DNA of 64,000 bases from a phage. The first letter of the stretch is position 1; each line of letters opens with the position of its first letter. The stretch is taken from the sequence record PZ386965.1. The stretch is one strand, 5' to 3'. The notes under the pieces are model-generated. The model saw only the letters and a program-made list of their open reading frames with translations. It was not told where the DNA came from and made no database searches. Shown here one piece after another: positions 55,423 to 64,000 of the stretch. The position numbers were made by a program, and so were the translations under genes.

Positions 55423-57227
55423 TGAAACAAAATATTAAAATTGGTAACGTCGTTGATGACGGACAAGGCGATTACCTTCGTCGAGGTGGTGAAAAGATAA
55501 ATGAGAACTTTGACGAAATCTATTATGAATTAGGTGATGGTGAAGTTCCTTATGCCGCCGGCGCATGGAAGACTTATGATGCGGCTGATGGTCTTAATCT
55601 TAATGCTGCTTGGGGTAAATCTTATGCAATTAATACTACTTCTGGACGAGTTTCAGTAAATCTTCCTAAAGGGACAATTGCAGACTATAATAAAGTTATT
55701 CGTGCTCGTGACGTATTTGCAACTTGGAACATTAACCCTGTTACTTTAATTCCGGCAAACGGAGACACGATTAAAGGTTCTTCATCTCCGGTAGAAATTA
55801 ACGTCCAGTTCTCTGATTTAGAATTAGTTTATTGTGCTCCTGGACGTTGGGAATACATCAAGAACAAACAAATTGATAAAATAGTTAGCTCTGACATTAG
55901 TAATGTTGCTCGTAGAGAATATCTGGTTGAAACCCAAGGTCAGACCGATTTCATGGATGTTTTTAACGGGACATCTTATAACGTTAACAACATTCGCGTA
56001 AAACATCGTGGCAACGAATTGTATTATGGCGATGTATTCAGTGATAATAGTGATTTTGGTTCACCAGGCGATAATCCTGGTGAACTGGTTGCACTTGATG
56101 GATTTAATATTAGATTACGCCAACCATGTAACGTTGGGGATACTGTACAAATTGAGACATTCCTAGATGGTGTTTCTCAGTGGCGTAGTTCATATACTCG
56201 TCGCCAAGTTCGCATTTTAGATAGTAAATTGACCGCTAAAAAGTCTATTGACGGAAGTATTTACGTCACTGATTTGAGTACGTTCAGGTCTATTCCATTT
56301 ACAGCATTTGGTATTAACCCTACAGAACCACCTAACCCGAATTCATTAGAAGTTCGCTTCAATGGTATTCTCCAAGAATTAGCTGGTACTGTTGGAACTC
56401 CTATTTTCCGTTGTGAAGGTGTGGATGCTGATTCTGAAGAGTCATGCACTAATCTCGGTGGGACGTGGACTCAATCGTATACAGATTATGCGATTGAATA
56501 TACTGATAATATCCCTAGCGCAATTCTATTTGACCGTCAATTTGAAGACCAAGACATTATTACCATCACATGGTTTAATAACGATTTAGGAACTCTTCTT
56601 GAAATGGAAGAAATCCTTGATGTCGCTGATGAGAAATATGTTTCTCAAGGGTCTAACATTGAAATTACTGGTGACGTTGCATTAACTGATTTCGATAAAA
56701 TTGGATGGCCTAATGTAGAACCTGTTCCTAAGTATGAACGTGAATTCTCGACTATCTCAGCAATATTTGATACAATTTATCCTGTCGGGACTATTTACGA
56801 AAATGCGGTTAACCCTAATAATCCGGCCACTTATTTAGGTTTTGGTTCGTGGAAAATTTGGGGACAAGGCAAAGTATTAGCCGGTTGGAATGATGACGCA
56901 TCGGATCCTAATTTTGCATTAAATAATAATGACCTTGACATCAATGGTAACCCTACTCATACCGCAGGTGGTACCGTTGGTGTAACAACTATCACATTAG
57001 AAAATGCTGATTTACCAGCTACACAAACCGATGAAAAGGTTCTTATTTCTGATGATAATGGTACAGTAATTATAGGCGGTTGTCAATATGACCCAGATGC
57101 AGAAGGTCCTATTTACACTAAATATCGTGAAGACCATGCAAAGACTAATGGATCTCATGTTCCAGCACGTTCTATAACTAATATTCAGCCATCTATAACT
57201 GTATACCGTTGGGTAAGGATTGCATAA
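55422..57227 (+). CDS. 10: baseplate wedge / short-tail-fibre attachment protein gp10
   Basis: 601 aa; position and length as T4 gp10. Confidence 0.9.
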   Translation: MKQNIKIGNVVDDGQGDYLRRGGEKINENFDEIYYELGDGEVPYAAGAWKTYDAADGLNLNAAWGKSYAINTTSGRVSVNLPKGTIADYNKVIRARDVFATWNINPVTLIPANGDTIKGSSSPVEINVQFSDLELVYCAPGRWEYIKNKQIDKIVSSDISNVARREYLVETQGQTDFMDVFNGTSYNVNNIRVKHRGNELYYGDVFSDNSDFGSPGDNPGELVALDGFNIRLRQPCNVGDTVQIETFLDGVSQWRSSYTRRQVRILDSKLTAKKSIDGSIYVTDLSTFRSIPFTAFGINPTEPPNPNSLEVRFNGILQELAGTVGTPIFRCEGVDADSEESCTNLGGTWTQSYTDYAIEYTDNIPSAILFDRQFEDQDIITITWFNNDLGTLLEMEEILDVADEKYVSQGSNIEITGDVALTDFDKIGWPNVEPVPKYEREFSTISAIFDTIYPVGTIYENAVNPNNPATYLGFGSWKIWGQGKVLAGWNDDASDPNFALNNNDLDINGNPTHTAGGTVGVTTITLENADLPATQTDEKVLISDDNGTVIIGGCQYDPDAEGPIYTKYREDHAKTNGSHVPARSITNIQPSITVYRWVRIA

Positions 57228-57886
57228 TGACTGTACTTAATACAAAGGCGGGAGTTATTTCCCGTCATGCTGATTTTTTGAATTACAGAAAAAATCCAGC
57301 TCAAATCGATGTTTTAAACAACCAAGCTGTAGGTTCCGTGACTATTTCTCAGTTAGCTCGCGGTTTTTATGATGCTAACGTAGAATCTGCAATAAATGAT
57401 GTCCATAATATGGCACGAGCTGATATTGGTACTGTTGTCACAAACACTTCAGGCGTATCGCCTGAAGGTGCAGCACAAGTTGATTATTGGACTTTTTCCG
57501 GTGATGTTCTCGACGATACTTTGGACACTGGAACGCCAGTCGTTATTAACGTATTTGGACTTGCCGTTAAAGCAACAATCGGTATGACTGATAACGAATT
57601 AACGGCACAAGTTCGTATAGCTTTACAAGAGGCCATTGCTAATCAAATCGCTATTTCTTCTTATAAAGACCATCCAACTGAAGGTAATAAACTTCAGGTG
57701 ACATATTTAGATAACCAACGTCATGTGTTGCCAACATATGCTTCGTTTGGTGTAACAATTTCGCAAGAAATTTTGTCTGAAGCAAAATCCGGATACGGAA
57801 CATGGAATTTATTGGGTGCCCAAACGGTTACTCTTGATAACCATGATACTCCTACCGTTTTCTACCACTTTGTGAGAGCCTCATGA
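57227..57886 (+). CDS. 11: baseplate wedge protein gp11
   Basis: 219 aa from [18 protein letters not shown]; ATG overlaps gene 10 stop (TAATG). Confidence 0.9.
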   Translation: MTVLNTKAGVISRHADFLNYRKNPAQIDVLNNQAVGSVTISQLARGFYDANVESAINDVHNMARADIGTVVTNTSGVSPEGAAQVDYWTFSGDVLDDTLDTGTPVVINVFGLAVKATIGMTDNELTAQVRIALQEAIANQIAISSYKDHPTEGNKLQVTYLDNQRHVLPTYASFGVTISQEILSEAKSGYGTWNLLGAQTVTLDNHDTPTVFYHFVRAS

Positions 57887-59466
57887 GTAATAACAATACA
57901 TACCAACACGTTTCAAACGAATCCATTTACGTTGAATTCGACCCTACGGGGACGAATTTTCCAGATACAGTCACTAATGTCCAAGCCGCATTAGCTGCTA
58001 TTTCTCCTTCAGGTGTTAATGGTGTACCGGAAGCAACAACTACTACACCAGGAATTATTCAAATAGCTACTCCACAAGAAGTTATTGATGGATTAGATAA
58101 TAATAAAGCTGTTACTCCAGCATCACTGAATGCTCGTCTACAATATCCTAATGCAACCGAAACTCAATATGGCTTAACTCGTTATGCTACTGAAGATGAA
58201 GCAGTAACCGGAACTATTGACGATGCATCAATTACTCCGCTTAAATTGAATCAAAAAATAGACAATGTATTTCAGACAAAAGTGTCAACAGAAGCAACAA
58301 ATGGTGTAATTAAAATTTCAACTTCTGCTGCCGCATTAGCTGGTTCTGATGATACAACGGCAATGACTCCGTTAAAAACGCAACAATTAGCAATTAAACT
58401 TATTTCACAAATTGCTCCAAATAATAGTGACGCCACCGAATCTATTACAGGTGTTGTTCGTTTGGCTACAGTTGCTCAAGCACAACAAGGCACCCTGCGT
58501 GAAGGCTATGCAATTTCGCCTTATACCTTTATGAATTCAGTAGCATCAGAAACTAATAAAGGCGTCGTTAAACTAGGGACACAGACTGAAGTAAATAGTA
58601 ACAACTCTTCAGTTGTAGTGACCGGCGCAACATTAAACGGGCGTGGGGCTACAACTTCTTTACGTGGAGTTGTTCGTTTAACTACACAAGCGGGTAGCCA
58701 ATCAGGTGGTGATGGTTCTTCTGCTCTTGCTTGGAATGCTGATGTTATCCACCAACGAGGCGGACAAACTATTAATGGCACACTTCGCATTAATAATACG
58801 TTGACGGTTGGTTCTGGCGGCGCTAATATAACTGGTAATGTCAATATGACAGGTGGTTATATTCAAGGCAATCGTATTGTGACTCAAAATGAATTAGACC
58901 GAATTCTTCCAGTTGGCGCTATTACAATGTGGGCTGCAGATAGTTTACCGAGTTCCGACTGGCGCTTCTGTCACGGTGGGACTGTTTCTGCTTCAGAATG
59001 TCCAGTATATGCTTCCAGAATTGGGACACGATATGGTGGTAGTTCTTCTAACCCAGGCTTGCCTGATATGCGTGGATTATTTGTTCGTGGCTCAGGTCGT
59101 GGCTCTCACTTAACAAATCCAAATGTTAATGGTAATGACCAGTTTGGTAAGCCTAGATTAGGTGTAGGTTGTACTGGTGGATATGTTGGTGAAGTACAGA
59201 AACAACAGATGTCTTATCATAAACACGCTGGCGGATTTGGTGAGCATGATGATTCTGGAGCATTCGGTAATACCCGTAGATCAAATTTTGTTGGTACACG
59301 TAAAGGACTTGACTGGGATAACCGTTCATACTTCACCAATGACGGATATGAAATTGACCCGGCATCACAACGAAATTCCAAATATACATTAAATCGTCCT
59401 GAATTAATTGGAAATGAAACACGCCCATGGAACATTTCTTTAAACTATATCATTAAGGTAAAATAA
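57883..59466 (+). CDS. 12: short tail fibre protein gp12
   Basis: 527 aa, same length as T4 gp12; N-terminal repeat-rich shaft and C-terminal receptor-binding region with HxH-like motifs. Confidence 0.9.
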   Translation: MSNNNTYQHVSNESIYVEFDPTGTNFPDTVTNVQAALAAISPSGVNGVPEATTTTPGIIQIATPQEVIDGLDNNKAVTPASLNARLQYPNATETQYGLTRYATEDEAVTGTIDDASITPLKLNQKIDNVFQTKVSTEATNGVIKISTSAAALAGSDDTTAMTPLKTQQLAIKLISQIAPNNSDATESITGVVRLATVAQAQQGTLREGYAISPYTFMNSVASETNKGVVKLGTQTEVNSNNSSVVVTGATLNGRGATTSLRGVVRLTTQAGSQSGGDGSSALAWNADVIHQRGGQTINGTLRINNTLTVGSGGANITGNVNMTGGYIQGNRIVTQNELDRILPVGAITMWAADSLPSSDWRFCHGGTVSASECPVYASRIGTRYGGSSSNPGLPDMRGLFVRGSGRGSHLTNPNVNGNDQFGKPRLGVGCTGGYVGEVQKQQMSYHKHAGGFGEHDDSGAFGNTRRSNFVGTRKGLDWDNRSYFTNDGYEIDPASQRNSKYTLNRPELIGNETRPWNISLNYIIKVK

Positions 59467-60914
59467 TGGCTGATATATCTCTGGTAGATTTACCATATGT
59501 TGACGGCCCGCCAGACGCGGGTCAGAGTCGTATTGAATGGATTAAAAACGATGAAGAAATAACAGGTGCCGACACAAAATACGGTTCTGAAGGTGTAATG
59601 AACCGTCCTATTGTTGAAGTTCAACGTAACGTAGAAGCGTTAGATGTTAATATTAAAACTATAGCATCTTCTTTGAATACGGCCAATGAAGATATCAAAG
59701 TTATTCAAGGTATTTTAGATGTTTCTGGGGATGTTGATGCTCTTGCACAGATAGGCCAGAACACCCAAGATATCGATGTCATTAAAGTCACAGTTCAAAC
59801 TCATGCCAGTGAATTGAATGATTTGAATGAACATATTGATGCGAATACTGATGATATTGGTGTTTATAATCAGGAAACAGATTCAGTTTATAGAACGGTT
59901 CGTAATGACCTGCTTTGGATTAAAAATGAATTAGGACAATATACTGGTCAAGATATTAATGGGGTTCCTACTCCAGGAAATGATAGCACTGGTATGAAAC
60001 GCCGTATTATGACTAATAGCTCCGTAATTGTTGACCACGGCGTTCGATTAACTGATTTAGAAACTAAATTTGCTGATTCTGACGTCGGCTCTTTAACTAT
60101 TGAAGTCGAACGCTTACGCGAAGAAATGGGACCTCGTACTTCTTTCACTACTCCAGTGTTTAGTCGTCTTTCCGGTATTGATTTAACCTTGTCGCGTCAA
60201 AATGCTGACTTGGACGGCATTAAACAGTCTATTGGATATCCTAATACGACTTCTATTATTACTACCACTAATGCAAATAGTTCAGCAATAAATGACATTA
60301 ATCTTGAGCTCAATCAATCAGGTGGTATTAAACCTCGTTTGACTACAGTAGAAACTGCCATTGGCGCTGATGATTTGCCTACTACAATCCAAGGTCGTAT
60401 TAAACTCAATACTGATGCTATCGGAGCATTGAACACTGTTGTCGGCTCTGATTCTTCGTCAGGATTGCGTTTTAATGTGTCATGGTTAAATAACGTAGTT
60501 GGTGTTGACGCTTCAGGTGGGAAACCGGAACCAGCCGGCTCTTTGCTTTATCGTACTCGAGAGCTTGAAGGAACTATCAGTGGGATGAGTAATGACATTC
60601 AGAACATTCAAACTGATGTTGGGACTACTACCACAGGAATTAAGGGTTCTGTAAACACATTAAATACTCTTATAAATGGCACCAACCCAAATGGTTCGAC
60701 TGTTGAAGAACGCGGTATATTGCCTACAGTTAAAAGTCATGATACGACAATTAATAGTTTAACTTCTAGAATTGCTACTCTTGAAACTGATTTGGCCGCT
60801 GCAGAAGCTGAAATCCAAACTCTTAAGGAAGCTGGATATATTGAAGATGCTCCTTCAGACGGTAAATTCTATGTTCGCAAAGATGGTGCATGGGTTGAAC
60901 TTCCTACAGCTTAA
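59466..60914 (+). CDS. wac: fibritin (whisker antigen control, neck whiskers)
   Basis: 482 aa coiled-coil; C-terminal foldon-like GYIEDAPSDGKFYVRKDGAWVELPTA. Confidence 0.9.
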   Translation: MADISLVDLPYVDGPPDAGQSRIEWIKNDEEITGADTKYGSEGVMNRPIVEVQRNVEALDVNIKTIASSLNTANEDIKVIQGILDVSGDVDALAQIGQNTQDIDVIKVTVQTHASELNDLNEHIDANTDDIGVYNQETDSVYRTVRNDLLWIKNELGQYTGQDINGVPTPGNDSTGMKRRIMTNSSVIVDHGVRLTDLETKFADSDVGSLTIEVERLREEMGPRTSFTTPVFSRLSGIDLTLSRQNADLDGIKQSIGYPNTTSIITTTNANSSAINDINLELNQSGGIKPRLTTVETAIGADDLPTTIQGRIKLNTDAIGALNTVVGSDSSSGLRFNVSWLNNVVGVDASGGKPEPAGSLLYRTRELEGTISGMSNDIQNIQTDVGTTTTGIKGSVNTLNTLINGTNPNGSTVEERGILPTVKSHDTTINSLTSRIATLETDLAAAEAEIQTLKEAGYIEDAPSDGKFYVRKDGAWVELPTA

Positions 60915-60946
60915 TGAAAAGGGCCTTCGGGCCCTAAAGGATTTAT

Positions 60947-61873
60947 ATGTCAGGTTATAATGCACAAAACCCTAAAGAATTAAAGGACGTAATATTACGT
61001 CGTTTAGGCGCTCCTATTGTAAATGTTGAATTAACTACAGACCAAATTTATGATTGTATTTCACGAGCGTTAGAACTTTATGGCGAATACCATTTTGACG
61101 GGTTGAATAAAGGTTTCCATGTATTTTTTGTTGATGACGAAGAAAAATACCGTCACGGCGTATTTGATATGCGTGGTTCTAATGTATTTGCTGTAACAAG
61201 AATTATAAGAACAAATGTTGGCTCTATTACTTCAATGGATGGTAATGCAACTTATCCATGGTTCACTGATTTCCTTTTAGGAATGGCAGGTGTTTCAGGT
61301 GGTATGGGTAGTAATTGTGGTAAATTCTACGGACCGAACGCTTTTGGCGCTGACCTCGGGTATTATTCTCAATTAGTATCTTATATGGGTATGCTTCAAG
61401 ATATGATTGCTCCTATTCCGGATTTTTGGTTTAACTCTGCAAACGAGCAATTAAAAGTAATGGGTAACTTTAGACAGAAAGATGTCATTATCGTTGAATC
61501 GTACGTTCGCTCTTATATCGAGACCCATAAGATGGTAGGAAATACAGTAGGGTACGGTCAGGTAGGTCCTCGTGATTCATGGTCTATTTCTGAACGTTAT
61601 GATAATCCGGACCATAATTTGGTCGGACGACGAGTTGGTGAAGATCCTGCAACTAAACAAGGCGCATATAACAACCGCTGGGTTAAAGATTATGCAACTG
61701 CATTAGCTAAAGAGCTTAATGGACAAATTCTTGCTAAACATCAAGGTATGATGTTACCGGGTGGCGTCACTGTTGATGGTGTTCGATTAATTGAAGAAGC
61801 TCGTTTAGAGAAAGAAGCTTTACGAGAAGAGTTATATTTACTGGACCCTCCTGCAGGTATTTTGGTAGGTTAA
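60947..61873 (+). CDS. 13: neck protein gp13
   Basis: 308 aa; position and length as T4 gp13. Confidence 0.85.
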   Translation: MSGYNAQNPKELKDVILRRLGAPIVNVELTTDQIYDCISRALELYGEYHFDGLNKGFHVFFVDDEEKYRHGVFDMRGSNVFAVTRIIRTNVGSITSMDGNATYPWFTDFLLGMAGVSGGMGSNCGKFYGPNAFGADLGYYSQLVSYMGMLQDMIAPIPDFWFNSANEQLKVMGNFRQKDVIIVESYVRSYIETHKMVGNTVGYGQVGPRDSWSISERYDNPDHNLVGRRVGEDPATKQGAYNNRWVKDYATALAKELNGQILAKHQGMMLPGGVTVDGVRLIEEARLEKEALREELYLLDPPAGILVG

Positions 61874-61874
61874 T

Positions 61875-62639
61875 ATGGCAACTTATGATAAAAATCTTTT
61901 CGCCAAACTAGAAAATCGTGGTGGGTATTCTCAGACAAATGAGACCGAAATCCTCAATCCATTTGTCAATTTTAATAACTATGAGAATAGTCAGACATTA
62001 GCCGATGTTCTAGTGGCAGAAAGCATACAGATGCGCGGTATTGAATGTTTTTATGTTCCACGTGAATATGTTGCCGTGGACCTTATCTTTGGTGAGGACC
62101 TTAAAAATAAATTTACTAAAGCATGGAAATTTGCTGCATATCTGAACTCTTTTGAAGGTTATGAAGGAGCGAAATCGTTCTTCAGCAACTTCGGAATGCA
62201 AGTTCAAGACGAAGTTACATTATCTATTAACCCGGGTCTTTTCAAACACCAGGTCAACAATCAGGAGCCTAAGGAAGGTGATTTAATATACTTCCCAATG
62301 GACAACAGTTTGTTTGAGATTAACTGGGTTGAACCATATGACCCATTCTATCAAGTAGGTAAAAATGCGATTCGTAAAATTACTGCAGGCAAGTTTATTT
62401 ACTCTGGTGAAGAAATCAATCCGGTGCTTCAGAAAAATGAAGGTATCAATATACCTGAATTTAGTGACTTGGAACTTAACCCTGTTAGAAATCTTGACGG
62501 TATCCATGACATTAATATCGATGAATATTCTGAAGTTGAGCAAATCAATTCAGAGGCAAGTGAATACGTTGAGCCGTATGTAGTAGTTAACAACCGTGGT
62601 AGACAAAATTCACCATTTGATGATGGGTTTATGAATTAA
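61875..62639 (+). CDS. 14: neck protein gp14
   Basis: 254 aa; position and length as T4 gp14. Confidence 0.85.
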   Translation: MATYDKNLFAKLENRGGYSQTNETEILNPFVNFNNYENSQTLADVLVAESIQMRGIECFYVPREYVAVDLIFGEDLKNKFTKAWKFAAYLNSFEGYEGAKSFFSNFGMQVQDEVTLSINPGLFKHQVNNQEPKEGDLIYFPMDNSLFEINWVEPYDPFYQVGKNAIRKITAGKFIYSGEEINPVLQKNEGINIPEFSDLELNPVRNLDGIHDINIDEYSEVEQINSEASEYVEPYVVVNNRGRQNSPFDDGFMN

Positions 62640-62688
62640 TAAATAGATAAGATAAAGCAAACACCGGTCGAAAGGCCGGTTAGGAGAA

Positions 62689-63513
62689 ATGATGTTTGGT
62701 TATTTTTACAACTCGTCGTTCAGGCGATATATCACAATGATGGGCGATTTGTTTTCAAATATCCAAGTTAACCGTCAATTGTCTACAGGCAATAAATTAA
62801 TTAGAGTTCCTATTACGTATGCATCTAAAGAGCACTTTATGATGAAACTTAATAAATGGACCTCTATAAACTCACAAGAAGATGTGGCTAAAGTCGAAAC
62901 TATTCTACCACGTATAAATCTCCAAATGGTAGATTTCGTTTATAACCCAACGTTTAAAACGAATATATTGAATAACTCTCTTTTGAGTAAATCGACTAAG
63001 GATATTGTAGACCAATACAACCCATCACCAATTAAAATGATTTTTGAACTGAGCATCTTTACTCGTTATGAAGATGATATGTTCCAAATCGTTGAGCAAA
63101 TTATTCCATATTTTCAGCCGCATTTTAATACGACTATGATTGAGCAATATGGGCAGGATATTCCATTTGAAAGGGATATTAAAGTCGTATGGATGGCAGC
63201 AGCAATGGATGAACAAATAGACGGCGATAATTTATCTCGTCGACGTTTAGAGTGGTCATTAACATTTGAAGTAAATGGATGGATGTATCCTCCGGTAGGC
63301 GCAGCTGAAGGCCTTATTAAAACGACTTATCTTGATTTTCATGCTAATGAACGAGACCTTCAAACAGCCGCCAGTGTTTTTGAATCAGTTGATACAGAAA
63401 TTAAACCGAGAGACGTTGAAGCACAAGATTGGAATGGCGAAGTTGAACAAACTTATACTCATGATATTCCAATCCCGACTCCACCAACCCCTCCTGGTCC
63501 TAGAAAACAATAA
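62689..63513 (+). CDS. 15: tail sheath stabiliser / tail terminator gp15
   Basis: 274 aa (possibly from second Met); MFGYFYNSSFRRY; position as T4 gp15. Confidence 0.85.
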   Translation: MMFGYFYNSSFRRYITMMGDLFSNIQVNRQLSTGNKLIRVPITYASKEHFMMKLNKWTSINSQEDVAKVETILPRINLQMVDFVYNPTFKTNILNNSLLSKSTKDIVDQYNPSPIKMIFELSIFTRYEDDMFQIVEQIIPYFQPHFNTTMIEQYGQDIPFERDIKVVWMAAAMDEQIDGDNLSRRRLEWSLTFEVNGWMYPPVGAAEGLIKTTYLDFHANERDLQTAASVFESVDTEIKPRDVEAQDWNGEVEQTYTHDIPIPTPPTPPGPRKQ

Positions 63514-63522
63514 GAGGTAAAT

Positions 63523-64000
63523 ATGGAAGGTCTAGATATTAATAAGCTTTTAGATATCTCTGACCTCCCTGGAATATCTGGGGAGGAAGTAGAGGTATAT
63601 GCTCCTTTACAATTGGTGGAAGTTCAGAGTAATCCTCAAAACCGCACCCCGGATTTGGAAGATGACTATAGCGTTGTTCGTAAGAATATGCACTTCCAAC
63701 AACAAATGTTAATGGACGCTGCCAAGATTTTTCTTGAGACGGCTAAAAATGCCGATTCTCCTCGTCACATGGAAGTATTTGCAACTCTTATGGGGCAAAT
63801 GACTACGACGAACAAAGAAATACTGAAGCTTCATAAAGATATGAAAGAAATCACATCTGAACAGGTTGGCACTAAAAGTACTGCTCCATCTAGTCAGATG
63901 AATATCCAAAATGCTACAGTGTTCATGGGCTCTCCAACAGAATTAATGGAAGAAGTAGGAGATGCTTACGAGGCTCAAGAAGCTCGTGAGAAGGTGATTA
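63523..64000 (+). CDS. 16: terminase small subunit gp16 (3' partial, runs off window)
   Basis: ATG at 63523 with GAGG SD; [22 protein letters not shown]...; ORF continues past window end. Confidence 0.8.
   Translation, partial: MEGLDINKLLDISDLPGISGEEVEVYAPLQLVEVQSNPQNRTPDLEDDYSVVRKNMHFQQQMLMDAAKIFLETAKNADSPRHMEVFATLMGQMTTTNKEILKLHKDMKEITSEQVGTKSTAPSSQMNIQNATVFMGSPTELMEEVGDAYEAQEAREKVI

Noticed and set aside
60921-60934. GGGCC-TTCG-GGCCC stem-loop after wac as an intrinsic terminator
   Set aside because: No downstream U-tract; more likely an mRNA-stabilising or processing hairpin, so not annotated as terminator

Overview
This window is a 64-kb segment of a T4-like (T-even) myophage genome, nearly collinear with the T4 gene order 46 through 16. 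All identifications are from motif reading and recall of T4 proteins; no database search was run. Coordinates 840-45218 are minus-strand early/middle genes: gp46/gp47 recombination nuclease, gp55, a thioredoxin-fold protein, nrdG, an intronless nrdD, endonuclease VII, nrdC, a long run of small ORFs each with its own sigma70-type early promoter, rI, tk, regB, a GrcA-like glycyl-radical cofactor, denV, several internal-protein genes, lysozyme e, nudE, two tRNAs plus a tRNA-like element, 57B (Acb1), 57A, and genes 1, 3, 2, 4. Coordinates 45280-64000 are the plus-strand late module: 53, 5, 5.1, 5.4, 6-12, wac, 13-15 and the start of 16. Accessory content comprises an HNH endonuclease (127-843), a GIY-YIG endonuclease between genes 2 and 4, repeated promoter-stem-loop elements, short direct repeats flanking a single gene, and several paralogous small-protein families in the e-tRNA region. 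No alpha-glucosyltransferase gene lies between 47 and 55, and no CRISPR array or rRNA was seen. I found no single complete, clearly novel system; the best candidates for undescribed biology are the tandem C-terminal-Cys paralogs (34219-35013), the FIxECR-motif family (31380-36308), the expanded internal-protein set, and the AAA+ ATPase / nucleotidyltransferase / membrane-protein cluster (18433-21289). Many ORF-track N-termini are non-ATG extensions; I trimmed them to in-frame ATG codons with a Shine-Dalgarno (SD) sequence where checked.
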